A stretch of DNA of 64,000 bases from Zancudomyces culisetae HAW-14-8 (taxonomy: Eukaryota; Fungi; Kickxellomycota). The position numbers and the translations under genes were made by a program. A model generated the notes under the pieces. The model saw only the letters and a program-made list of their open reading frames with translations, was not told the origin of the DNA and did not search any database. This document shows positions 12,181 through 23,382 of this stretch, piece after piece; the stretch's first letter is position 1, and each line of letters opens with the position of its first letter. The stretch is taken from the NCBI GenBank assembly GCA_052426225.1, contig JBNJNM010000014.1:496001-560000 (forward strand). Direction: 5' to 3'.

Positions 12181-13036
12181 GACAAATTAATGGATAGGTA
12201 ATTACTTTGAAGGTATAATGAGAGGTAGGTTAAAAACACGTTATATGTTATGATAAAAGTAAAAGGTGTTGTCTAGCGTTGTGAAGCTATCAAGTTTGGG
12301 ATTGGTATTAACAAGACTCTTTCTCATCACACTCACCTTTAACTCTGTATAAACAACATAGGTTATCGGGATAGAAAGGAATATCTTTAGAAAACTCTGA
12401 ACCGGTGGAAAAAGAAAAGAAAAGAATAAAATCTAGCAATCTCGACAAACCTAAAGAAAAAATAAAGAGAAAGTAGATATTAAGGAATAAGAGATAGTTA
12501 ATGTTATCTTGTTTGATAGTACAGAGGATAAAAACAAAAGATTGAAGTATTGGAGAGAATAACTCTTGAAAAATACAAGAAACCGTAGACTTGAGGAGAA
12601 AGAATAAATAAAACAAAAAAAAACGACGAGGTGGAACAAGAGTTTGTAAATCAAAAGAGTGTGCAGACGAGGTGTTAGAGATCAAAACGTTATCTTGAGG
12701 ATTGTAAGAAAAGAAACAAAAAGAGCAAGTATTGAAACGAAACACAGTAGTAAATGATAATCTAGACAAAGAAGAGAAGAGAAAAGAAAAGAAAAGAATA
12801 GTATGATGTATAATAACTAGATAGAATTACAACGGAAATACAAAAACAAAAAAGAGTAGAGAATATAAACAGTGAAATAGACTAGATATAGAAGTAACTC
12901 GACACAATAGAGAGATTAAATAAATTATTACAACAGCAAAATAGAGTCATTGACAAGAAAGAAACAAAGACAAAAAGAGAATAAAAGAAGAGAAAAGAAA
13001 AGAATAAAAATACAAATATAGTAAATACATAAAAGG

Positions 13037-16000
13037 ATGAAGAAAAGTAAAAACAACTTTTTTGGACCATATCTGTTATTACAGACAATTGGGGAGGGGG
13101 AGTTTGCCAAAGTCAAGTTGGCATTGCATAGAGAGACAGGGGAGGAGGTAGCAATCAAGATGATTAAGAAGGAGTGGGTGGATTCGGATAGCAAGCTAAT
13201 CAAGTTGAAGCGAGAGATTACAGCGTTGAAGGCAGTGAGACACCAGTATATAGTGAAGTTACATGATATAATCGAGACGGACAAGTATATAGGATTAGTT
13301 TTGGAGTATGTGAGTGGAGGAGAGTTGTTTGAACATATTTTGGCACACAAGTTTATTAAGGAAAAAGAGGCGAGCCGAATGTTTGCGCAATTGATATCAG
13401 CTGTGAGTTATTTGCATATTAAAGAAATAGTGCATCGAGATTTGAAGTTAGAGAATCTGATGTTAGACTGGAATCGAAATCTGAAAATCACAGACTTTGG
13501 ATTTGCCAACCAGTTTAGTAAAGAGTATGGGGAAATGATGATGACATCGTGTGGATCACCATGTTATGCGGCACCGGAGTTGGTGGTTAGCAATGGGATG
13601 TATGCTAGTACAAGTGCGGATGTGTGGTCGTGTGGAGTGATTTTATATGCAATGTTGTGTGGATATCTTCCATTTGACGACGATCCCAAGAACCCAGATG
13701 GGGATAATATTAACCAGTTGTATAAATATATACTAACAACGAAGCTTACATTTCCACAATATATTAGCGAAGAGGCACGAGGATTGTTGAAGCGGATTTT
13801 GGTACCAAATCCGATAAAACGTGCAACGATGGCAGAGATCCGACAACATAAATGGCTGGAGTCATACCGGGATCTGTTTATAGAAGTGGAGCGAGCAGAG
13901 GAACAGATGCTTCGACAGCTAAAGAGAACAGGAGGAAATGAAGCAATTGAGAGGCTCAAGTATGAGCAACAGGTGAAAAGTCAGAGGGCGATTGAGGAGG
14001 TGATTGCGGGAGAAATGAAAAGGAAGCGACAGCAGAATGAGGAGATTCGGGGACAAAAAATAATTGAACAAGAAGAGGTTGAGAGAATATTGAGTAAAGC
14101 CAATGGAGAAATGTATTCAAACGAAAACGATGCGGGAGTAGCGATTGAGGAAGAATATGAGTATGATGATAAAGAAAATGAAGAGGTACGATTTGTAGAA
14201 CGGTTCAATAAAGAAGATATTGTACCAACTATACAACAACAACAACAACAACAACAACTTGTAGACAATATTAATAGCAATACTGGTATTGAAATGCATA
14301 TTGATAAAGGTAATGAACCAACAATGACAGTGACAATGACAGAGATGGAAATAGATATGGAGAATCTATTTGAAAAAGTCAGTAATTCACCAGTAAAAGC
14401 TAACAGTACAAATAAAGTAGAGAATAATGATGGATTGTTGAGTGTTGATAAATTTAATGATGATTTACTACTTTTTCAAATGAAGGAAAAGGAAAACCAA
14501 AAAGAAAAGGAAAAAGAAAAAGAAAAAGAAAAGCAAAAACAGAAAGAATTGGAAAAAGAAAAGGAAGTAAACTCAAATACAAAAATAGATGGTGAGAATA
14601 TTGTGCTTTTATCGAAAATAGTTAATCCAAAACCCGAACAACAACCAAACCATTCATCTCACACTCTTGACTATCAACTTCCACCTTTACAAACCATTTC
14701 TCCATTTTCATCACAACAAAGTCCAACTATAAAACAAAATTCAAGTCAAAAAAACGAGTTCAAGCCTGAACCGAAAACCGCAAGCGAATTCTCAAGACAA
14801 CCAGACTTGCTGGCAAGTGGTAAAACGATCAATTCCAAACTAGGCGAAGAACTGGGAGTTGAAATTGGTCGGGGAATAGCTTCAAAGCCACTTCGATATT
14901 CTGAAAGTCGTTCGTCAATTGGTATTCCAACAACTCCTGATTCTTCCACTCCCAGTAAAAAACTACTTTTATGGATTTCTCAATTTACACACAACAACAA
15001 CAACAACAACAATAACAACAGTTCACATTCCTCTGATTTTCCAACCAATATTACTACTAACTCAACTACTACTAATACTTCTCCTCTTCATAATTCTTCT
15101 CCAACAGCAACAACAGCAACAACAACAGCAACTAATCTATCCTACATTACTCAACAACCAAAAATCTTACAATATCTCAAAGTTCATCGTGGCGGTGCGA
15201 TTGATCCAAACTTGCTTTCCAACATTCCTCCTGCTGAATTGTTCCAGCGCGTACTGATGACTCTTGATAAACTTGGTCTTGTTGTTGTTTCCACAAAGGG
15301 TCTGACTATTCGTGTCTTGAGACCTGCCAAACTCTCAACTCATTACAACCCCAATCTAGTCGTTGGCGCCAATTATCCTTTTGATCTTTCTTCTATTTCT
15401 AACTCTGCCTCTGTTTCTAATCGCTACGACTATCTCTTTAAAACTCCTCAAACCACTGCCTCTCCCTCTGCCAACACTGACTCCTTTTTCCAACTGCAAA
15501 AGGCTCTTTCTCTTTCTCCTGATGACTTGAATCCTTCCAACGATAAAGTCTCAACTGACATTTCCCTATTAACAAACACTCTTTCTGTAACAAATGTCAA
15601 AATCAAACATACCAAACCCACCATCCTGGTCCCTGACCGTACTCTTACTCTTACTCCTACCGATGGGTCTTCTGCTGATCGTGGCATCCATTCCTCTTAC
15701 TCTGCTCCAAAGGATTTATCTCTTAAACTTCCTTTCTCTTCTTATAAAAAGAAACTCTCTTCTTCAAACTCTTTTTCTTCTCGTTTTTCTGTTCTTAGGA
15801 ATTCCATTCTACGTAAATCTTCTGCTGATAAAAAGGCTGGTTTCTTTGAACCTCCTCCTCCTCCTTTCCCTTCTTCTTCTCCTTCTCCTTCTCCCTCTTC
15901 TTCAGCTCAAACCAACAACAACAACAACAACAACAACACTAATCTTCATCTTTCTACTGCTACAAATGCCATCAAACCTTCTATTGTTCCCTCTTTTTCT

Positions 16001-16411
16001 TCCTGTTCTTCCTCCTCTATCTCTTATTCTGCTTCCAAATCTCCTCCAAATCTTCCTAATTCTTCTTCTACTCCCACTCCTACCCCCTCTTCTTCCACTT
16101 CTCAACCTCCAACTCAACCTCCAACTCAAAACTCTACCCAAAATTCAACACAAAGCTCAACACAAAACTCAACTCCTCCTCCTCCTTATGGTCAAGCATC
16201 AAACGACAATGGTGGCGAAGTACAATTCATCATTGAAATCTGTAAACTCAAATCTCTTTCCCATCTTTTTGTTGTTTCTATATCCCGTCGTCGTGGAAAT
16301 ACTTGGTCCTACAAATATCTTTATAATTTGGTAGCTGATAATCTTAATCTCAAAGATTCCTTTGATTATATTAATAGTCCTTATACTAGCATTATTCTTA
16401 AAAACAACTAG
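13037..16411 (+). CDS. Ser/Thr protein kinase, fungal Kin4/Frk1/Ppk1 (CAMK-like) family, with C-terminal KA1-like domain
   Basis: GEGEFAKV, VAIK, HRDLKLEN, DFG, CGSPCYAAPE; family insert PFDDDPKNPDGDNINQLYKYI; C-terminal EVQFIIEICK...RRRGNTWSYKYLY; long low-complexity linker. Confidence 0.9.
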   Translation: MKKSKNNFFGPYLLLQTIGEGEFAKVKLALHRETGEEVAIKMIKKEWVDSDSKLIKLKREITALKAVRHQYIVKLHDIIETDKYIGLVLEYVSGGELFEHILAHKFIKEKEASRMFAQLISAVSYLHIKEIVHRDLKLENLMLDWNRNLKITDFGFANQFSKEYGEMMMTSCGSPCYAAPELVVSNGMYASTSADVWSCGVILYAMLCGYLPFDDDPKNPDGDNINQLYKYILTTKLTFPQYISEEARGLLKRILVPNPIKRATMAEIRQHKWLESYRDLFIEVERAEEQMLRQLKRTGGNEAIERLKYEQQVKSQRAIEEVIAGEMKRKRQQNEEIRGQKIIEQEEVERILSKANGEMYSNENDAGVAIEEEYEYDDKENEEVRFVERFNKEDIVPTIQQQQQQQQLVDNINSNTGIEMHIDKGNEPTMTVTMTEMEIDMENLFEKVSNSPVKANSTNKVENNDGLLSVDKFNDDLLLFQMKEKENQKEKEKEKEKEKQKQKELEKEKEVNSNTKIDGENIVLLSKIVNPKPEQQPNHSSHTLDYQLPPLQTISPFSSQQSPTIKQNSSQKNEFKPEPKTASEFSRQPDLLASGKTINSKLGEELGVEIGRGIASKPLRYSESRSSIGIPTTPDSSTPSKKLLLWISQFTHNNNNNNNNNSSHSSDFPTNITTNSTTTNTSPLHNSSPTATTATTTATNLSYITQQPKILQYLKVHRGGAIDPNLLSNIPPAELFQRVLMTLDKLGLVVVSTKGLTIRVLRPAKLSTHYNPNLVVGANYPFDLSSISNSASVSNRYDYLFKTPQTTASPSANTDSFFQLQKALSLSPDDLNPSNDKVSTDISLLTNTLSVTNVKIKHTKPTILVPDRTLTLTPTDGSSADRGIHSSYSAPKDLSLKLPFSSYKKKLSSSNSFSSRFSVLRNSILRKSSADKKAGFFEPPPPPFPSSSPSPSPSSSAQTNNNNNNNNTNLHLSTATNAIKPSIVPSFSSCSSSSISYSASKSPPNLPNSSSTPTPTPSSSTSQPPTQPPTQNSTQNSTQSSTQNSTPPPPYGQASNDNGGEVQFIIEICKLKSLSHLFVVSISRRRGNTWSYKYLYNLVADNLNLKDSFDYINSPYTSIILKNN

Positions 16412-16751
16412 TTTGTTTGTTTAACCCCTATTTTTTCTCTTTCTCATTATCTTATTAATCTCACTTTGCATCCAAATTACTAAATTTTCAAACTTGCCTA
16501 CTTTTCACTCGTTTCCACATATTTATTCTACTTGTTTTGTCTTTATCTTTATTTTTTTTTTGATCTGTATAACATATATTAGACTACTAGATCTGCAAAT
16601 AACTATTGAAAACCAAACCAAATCAAAAAAAAAGCCACTACCTATTAAATTGCGTAAAAAAAAAAAGAAAAAAAAATCATCCCTTTTTTCTCCCTTTTTC
16701 TGGTTTGTTCAGAAAATAAATGTTGATTGAATAATCTCCTTTCAAATGTAA

Positions 16752-16801
16752 CCATAGCCATAGCCATAACCATAACTATAGTCATAACCATAGCCATAGC
16801 C
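16752..16801. repeat. (CCATAR)n hexamer repeat
   Basis: Tandem CCATAG/CCATAA units. Confidence 0.75.
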
Positions 16802-17133
16802 AATTGTATTTACCTCTACTATCACACTTATACTCTCTTCCCCTTTTATTTTATTTTATTTTATTTTATTTTTACAAAACCATATAAAGCATCGATTTTA
16901 TTTTCGTAGAATCAAAAATATTCAACAAGTCCCTTGATTCTTTTATTTGGTACCATTAAATAGTATTCCAAACCTAAAGCATAATATTATCATTTTTATC
17001 AAGCACCATAGAGCCCAAGTGACGTGAACTTTATAGTATTACCAACAACAGCAAAAACAACAACAACAACAACAACACTTTTTTTCTTTTATTTAATCAA
17101 ATAATAAAATAAAAAAACAAATGGAAACAAAAG

Positions 17134-20100
17134 ATGGAAAAAAACTCTAAAAGTTTTACAGCTCTTTTACCCACCATCCTATCAAGAATCTTCATACTTG
17201 TCCAAGACCCCAACCTTGCAACATTAAACAAAAGCATGTACAATGTTTCGCAACAACTATCCACAATAGCCAATTATATTGTTCGTTATACCGAACTCTG
17301 CGACAAACCGCACTTATGGGCAACTCTGGATGGGTTTTACAATCGGTACAAACGGCTCAAGAGACTAGAGACGGCTGGTAAACTTGTTTTGAAAGGTATA
17401 ACGTCGATGGATTACAATACTGCACTGAGAATGGCTTTGGAATATAGCTGGTGCAATATCCTAAAGGATTTATTTAGAATCTATGTCTTGATAGAAAAGA
17501 AATACTCTACTGTTGTGTACACCAATAACATGTTTGAAACCAAGGAAGATTACCAATTTAATGATGATGATAATAATAATAATAATAATGATGATGATGA
17601 TAGTGATGATAATGAAAAATTGGCTCCTTTTGATTATCAAAATCCACATTTTTCTGATATTCAAATCACTGAGAATCTTTACCTCCGACCCTTAATAGCC
17701 ACCAGAAAGGCATACGACTTGATACACCCAAAATTGGATAGCCATTGCCACTTTAAAATCATTAAAACTTTTCTACTAGCCTGTAAAACCAGCCTTCAAA
17801 TACCTCATCATCACCACCAAATACTATCTTTATCCTGTATTGAAAATGATTTTTATTTGACGGATAACAAAGTCGTCATCACACTATTGGTTTCAGTAAT
17901 CAGATCTTGTTGCTACAAGTCCAATATTGGTATACTGAAAAGTATTTTGGAATTAAGTACTACACCCGATTCCTTTTCGATTAGAGACTATACTTCACTT
18001 GGGCAAAGATCGGCTTCTTTTATCGTAAAATGGGTTCTTAGGTTTATGAGTGAGTATGGATACAAAAACCAAAATCAAAACCAAAATGAAAACCAAAATG
18101 AAAACAACTGGCTTCTTTATATCTCTTGTCTGTACTGCTCGTTTCAACTAAATAAACCCGCAGTGACAAAATTTCTCGATTCTCGCAAAACCGACAAACT
18201 TTCCACGATTAATCATCATAATCAGATAAAGTTTGACTTGTCTATATATCTTGGAGAAGTTGACTTGGTTCTAGATATGTTCCAAAAAGTAGAACCGTCT
18301 TTTGAAAACATTGAAAAACTAATCAGTGTGGCTTACCTTAGGTGTAATATCAGAATAATAAAACATTTGCTAAATGCCCAGTACTATTTGCTGAATGGAA
18401 GACTGTGTGAACATGCTCTGCAAGCGGCAATTAGAGTACATGACTTTGAAGTAACTAGGGAGATATCAAGTAAATATTCCGGCGCAATAACCGAAACAGT
18501 CGTATTGGAAGCGGTGAAAACTGGTGATCTAGTGCTAATAAATCTTCTTATTGAAGCTGGAATGGATATGAAAACGGGATCGGTCGGATCCCAAGGAATA
18601 CGTTATGCGTGTATTTATAATGATATTGATATATTGCGCCTGTTTCTTGAGAAGGGAGCAAAAATCTCGCAAAGTAGTGGGTTTATACTCGCTGCTGTAT
18701 GTGATGAACATAATTATAATCGTAAACTTGTACATGAATTGGTAAATGTACCCACCAACTCAAGAAACAGCAACAATTTGAATGAAGATGAGTCCATGAA
18801 TGAAAAAAATTTGGAAATTGGATCCTGTAATGTTAAACCTCCTGGAAATACTTTGAGTTTCAACAAAATCTTCAAGTTTCTGCTTGAGAGATTGACCATT
18901 TCACGCCGTCAAGCAATGATATTTATGCGATATCCCGAGTTGAGAAGCTTTAGTCTTGATGATAACGAATTTACTGGTTGGCATATTATTTACTGTCTAA
19001 GAAGACCCACTGGTGATTTGACACAGCTTGTTCAGAACAAACTGTTTGAATTACTTTACTACATTGACTATAACCGTCTTCATCCCCATTCTTATCTCCA
19101 TAACCAACAACAACAATGTACCAATTTAGAAACTGTAAAAAAAGATAAAACCAGTAATGACTCTGTAACTCGGAACTTAGCAATTAATTGCATGATATTG
19201 AGTGATTGGGACTATGAAATAACAAACTCACAAATGGCAAACAAATATCTTGGGATGGTACAACTACTTATTGATAACGGACTGGATACAAATGCGGGAC
19301 ACCACGTGGTTTTGAGAACTGCTTATAAACTAGGCGATATTAAATGGATAAGGCATTTTATCAAAAATGGTGCCAAATTAGGAAAAGAAAGGTATGCCGG
19401 GTTAAATGAAGCCTGTCAATCGGACAATATTGTAGTTTTAGAACAATGGTTTGAAAATGGTGGTGTAGTACCAAAGAATCCTAAATATAATGGTGTCCAA
19501 ATAGCGTGTGGATTGGGTAATTTTGAGATGCTCAAGCTGCTGATAGAAAAAGGTGCAGCGTTGGACAATCCAGAATATAACGGGGTTAAAGAAGCATGTG
19601 AATTGAACCATGTAGAAATACTAAACTATTTGATTGAAAATAATGCGACCATTGGTAGATTTAGGAATTATCAGCTGGACAATGCAGTTATGGTGGGTGA
19701 TATTGAGCTAGTCGGAATGATTCTTGAATACTACACCAGTATAGATGTGCTAGAGCAAACACAACCAGCCGATCTAGTCGGAAAAAGTGGGTCTATTTTA
19801 TCTCTGACACAAACCTTGGAAAATAACAGTCAGTATTATGAACATGTCAAAACCATCTTAAAGAACGGATATATCATTGAACCCAGACACTTAGCAGAAT
19901 GTTTATGGATGGCTGTTGCGCTACGTAGGGATGAGATAGCCAAAGTTTTATGTGAATATAGTTTCAAACCCCACAATGAAACCGACTCAACAAATCCAAA
20001 TATTGCGCTAGGCGGCATATCTCGCATAAACCTTGCTCAATACTACGATGATTTCGAAACCAAAAAACGAGACTTGCTAGCTGAAGCCATTAAATCAGAT

Positions 20101-20808
20101 AATATACCCTTGACCAAACTACTTTTGCTGAACAATTTCAAAGTTGAAAATGATCCTCATGAGCTGGTACAGCATCTTAATGGCAGAAATCTCGAAATGA
20201 TTAAATTACTACTAGAGTATCGCCCCAATCTTTCCAAGGATCCAACACTACTTTATCGCGCAGTTGGAACGGATAGTATAGAAGCAGTCGGATTTCTTTT
20301 GCAGCGCTATGGTGTAGTTCAAGATATCAGATATAACCCTATAGCTGAGGCGTGTAAAAACAACAGTATAAAAGTGTTGAATTTATTATTATTAAACATG
20401 GCAGAAATGAAAGGATATGCAGTAGGTGGGATAATCCAAGCTTCCAAGAATAATAATCTAGAAATAGCACAACTATTACTCCAGAATTATCCGAATTTGG
20501 TATTAGGTGAATGCTATGGAATTCCAGAAGCACTCAACAATGGGAACATAGAAATGGTCAAGCTGCTAGTTAAACACGGTGCTAGAGTTCGAATCAATAC
20601 CCATTCTGGAATGTTATTGGCACTCGCGTTTTCAAAAAACGATTTGGAATTCATTGAGTATTCGTTATCTTTGAGTCCAAAACCATCAAAGAATTTTGTC
20701 AGAAAGCTAAGAAGGATGGCTGGAAGAAACGGAAAGGAAGGAGAAAAACCAGTTCATAAGAAATCCTTTATTTCCAGAATGATTTTGGAACACCTAGGCC
20801 TCATGTGA
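17134..20808 (+). CDS. Large ankyrin-repeat protein with F-box-like N-terminus
   Basis: 1224 aa intronless. Many degenerate ankyrin units (ACGLGNFEMLKLLIEKGA, ACELNHVEILNYLIENNA, ALNNGNIEMVKLLVKHGA); N-terminal LLPTILSRIF...LATLNKSMY. Confidence 0.85.
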   Translation: MEKNSKSFTALLPTILSRIFILVQDPNLATLNKSMYNVSQQLSTIANYIVRYTELCDKPHLWATLDGFYNRYKRLKRLETAGKLVLKGITSMDYNTALRMALEYSWCNILKDLFRIYVLIEKKYSTVVYTNNMFETKEDYQFNDDDNNNNNNDDDDSDDNEKLAPFDYQNPHFSDIQITENLYLRPLIATRKAYDLIHPKLDSHCHFKIIKTFLLACKTSLQIPHHHHQILSLSCIENDFYLTDNKVVITLLVSVIRSCCYKSNIGILKSILELSTTPDSFSIRDYTSLGQRSASFIVKWVLRFMSEYGYKNQNQNQNENQNENNWLLYISCLYCSFQLNKPAVTKFLDSRKTDKLSTINHHNQIKFDLSIYLGEVDLVLDMFQKVEPSFENIEKLISVAYLRCNIRIIKHLLNAQYYLLNGRLCEHALQAAIRVHDFEVTREISSKYSGAITETVVLEAVKTGDLVLINLLIEAGMDMKTGSVGSQGIRYACIYNDIDILRLFLEKGAKISQSSGFILAAVCDEHNYNRKLVHELVNVPTNSRNSNNLNEDESMNEKNLEIGSCNVKPPGNTLSFNKIFKFLLERLTISRRQAMIFMRYPELRSFSLDDNEFTGWHIIYCLRRPTGDLTQLVQNKLFELLYYIDYNRLHPHSYLHNQQQQCTNLETVKKDKTSNDSVTRNLAINCMILSDWDYEITNSQMANKYLGMVQLLIDNGLDTNAGHHVVLRTAYKLGDIKWIRHFIKNGAKLGKERYAGLNEACQSDNIVVLEQWFENGGVVPKNPKYNGVQIACGLGNFEMLKLLIEKGAALDNPEYNGVKEACELNHVEILNYLIENNATIGRFRNYQLDNAVMVGDIELVGMILEYYTSIDVLEQTQPADLVGKSGSILSLTQTLENNSQYYEHVKTILKNGYIIEPRHLAECLWMAVALRRDEIAKVLCEYSFKPHNETDSTNPNIALGGISRINLAQYYDDFETKKRDLLAEAIKSDNIPLTKLLLLNNFKVENDPHELVQHLNGRNLEMIKLLLEYRPNLSKDPTLLYRAVGTDSIEAVGFLLQRYGVVQDIRYNPIAEACKNNSIKVLNLLLLNMAEMKGYAVGGIIQASKNNNLEIAQLLLQNYPNLVLGECYGIPEALNNGNIEMVKLLVKHGARVRINTHSGMLLALAFSKNDLEFIEYSLSLSPKPSKNFVRKLRRMAGRNGKEGEKPVHKKSFISRMILEHLGLM

Positions 20809-20829
20809 TGTGATGTGATGTGATGTGAT
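20803..20829. repeat. (ATGTG)n repeat overlapping the ankyrin gene stop codon
   Basis: Direct tandem repeat. Confidence 0.8.
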
Positions 20830-21338
20830 CTATTTTGTATTTCTATTGGCATTTGCAGCATGTATGACCTTAATAAAATTGGCGAGGAGAACCAATTCTT
20901 CTGTCTTTATATTGTAAAATCAAATACCAGAGATAGCGATATTGGGATGTTGATCTTTAGCTATCGAGGGAAATGAACCAGAAATAATAATAATCCTGCT
21001 CTGCGTTACACTTTGTACATTTTTTCAGTTTTGATTGGTTTTATGGCATGACATCGCAGATCACCAGATCACGACTCTTTCTTTTGTAAAATGTTGGTCT
21101 AGGTTTAATAGTTTCTACTTCCCTAAAATGTAAATTAATTTACAAAAGACATGTTCAAAAATATATACCTTGGACAAGTGTCACTAGTCAAGATATATTA
21201 TAATGGTTTTTTATTTGTATTAATAACGTTCTTTAACAGTTTAATAACATGAGCTGAATATATAAATTTAATAAAACGCACCTCGCATTGGTGGTATCCA
21301 GAGTTAACGCTTTTTTTTGGATTACCTAAGGGGGAAAA

Positions 21339-22707
21339 ATGAAAATGAAAGTGAGAATGAAAAATAGAGTATGTTCAAGGATCATATTAAGAGCAACAGT
21401 ATCATTTTTTTGGGTCCAGGCAACATTTGGGCTGACATTTGAAGAGTTTTTTGGTTGCTACAAGATACACAAAGACGAATATATATGGCCGAGCTACAAT
21501 TTCCACGAGTGTGTTCTTAAACACGACACACTTAACCATACACTTTCACAAAATATGGTCATCAAGGACTGTCAACGATTTCGAGATGGCTCCTTTTTGC
21601 CACAACATCTATCTCACCACTTTTCAAACACATTCAAGCTGATTGAAAAATGTATTGGAAAAACACAGGACTTTATTCTGTATCTGAACGGACTTCCCCA
21701 CAGTGATAATGATAGAGTCTACGTCTTTGCGATTGGGGACATTTGCATGGATAGACTCACTAAAAATATTGACTTGATAATGTACTACGAGTCCTTTTTT
21801 TACAAAGACCTTGAAGCTGTTTCAACTTACCGAAATGAGAGTATGGAACTGATAAACAAAATCAACTCGCTCATTATCCCAGCATCACGAAAATCCGCAT
21901 TCTTATTACCTGAAATATCCTTGAAAAGATCACAAACCCCCCAAAAAACCACTATCACTAGAGGGTACAGATATTTTGGATAGGGCTAGGAGCTTAGTAC
22001 CTTACTTATCAGGTATACTGAAGACGTTTATTAAGCTGTATTTTGTCTTGAGAAGTTCAAAATCTGCTGTTCTTGGGGAATCTGCTTTTTCTAATTACTC
22101 ATCATGGAGGAACGGTAGTGATGTGGACTCAATAGTAACAGTGTACAAATGCATAAAAAAATCATTATTCAATAGCAATGTACTGGCTCCTGATAATGTC
22201 CGACTAGAGCGCGACAGTCCGGTTGGTCGGCGTTTTTTGGAATTAAAAAAGCTCCAAGACGGATTTAATTTTCTTGCTCAAAAGACTCGTAAATGGGATG
22301 ACCAATCTACACATGATCTGTTTATAAACTACCATAATGAAATAACAGCTCATATCGAAACAAAAGCAAAAAGGGTACTCGAAATGACAAGAAATGGCTA
22401 CTTTGAGGTTGTAAGAATTAAACAGGCTGCTGGTAATAGGCATATGGTGTTCTGTAATAATCTTAACGCCTATGCTTCGCAGTTTGAGTGGGTGATGAAT
22501 AAAAATATTGAGGAAGATCAACGCAGATCTGAAGACCTAATGGTTGCTATCAACAAGGAGTTTGATCTTCTCACAGAGTATGGGATTCGTGCGGAAGTTT
22601 TAGCATTAATGTTCAGTATAGTTAGGGAAGCATTTAATAAAGTTTTGAGTAAACATCCCCTTAACAGCGCACCAAGAAATTGTTTTTTTTTGTTTTTGAG
22701 TTTATAG
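21339..22707 (+). pseudogene. Orphan putative secreted protein split by an apparent +1 frameshift (ORFs 21339..21983 and 21976..22707); pseudogene or assembly indel
   Basis: Signal-like IILRATVSFFWVQATFG; second frame open from 21925 and overlapping the first across C6A6 at 21937-21948; second ORF lacks an ATG near its start. Confidence 0.55.
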
Positions 22708-23382
22708 TGAAGCTGTTGTTAGTAACATAATTGATCATTGAAAACTGAAACATACTTGTAATGACTTGATCAAACCAAAGATATAAAAAAAAATGGGGAG
22801 GGGAAGGCAAAAAAACAATATTTTCTGGAAAAGAATTCTTGTTTTTATATCTTCTATTTTGAGAAGCGGAATATTCAACTAATTAGGCCAGTTAGTGCTG
22901 GCAAGCGAAGCGAATGGTTTGTCGTGGCTATAAAACAGTTGATTTAGTAGCTGTTAAAAAATGATGAGTGTGGTATTCAAATCAGTCAAAACTGGGAGTC
23001 CTAACAAGTAATTAACGCATGTTTGTATATACAAAACTTGGTATTCACTAGATTAGTACAAACCTGAATTAATATAATAATTAAGCTATGCCACCAATGT
23101 AAATATTTTGGAACAAGTAAATGAGGCCATACGGCAATGGTACCAAAAAAAAAAGGGTTAGTAGCTTGAGAAAAATTTGAGAAAGTACACGGTTTTCCGT
23201 AATGTTGAAGCTGTTTCTGAACGCCATGCGTAAAGAAAAAAGAATTTACGATTATGTGGGAACAGTACTGGTATAAATATACATTGGGTATCTGTTTTTT
23301 TTTTCTTTGCCCATTTATAAATGGATACAGACTTCAGTTTATGTACTCTACCAAAAAAAAAAATAAAGAAAAGAAAAACAGA

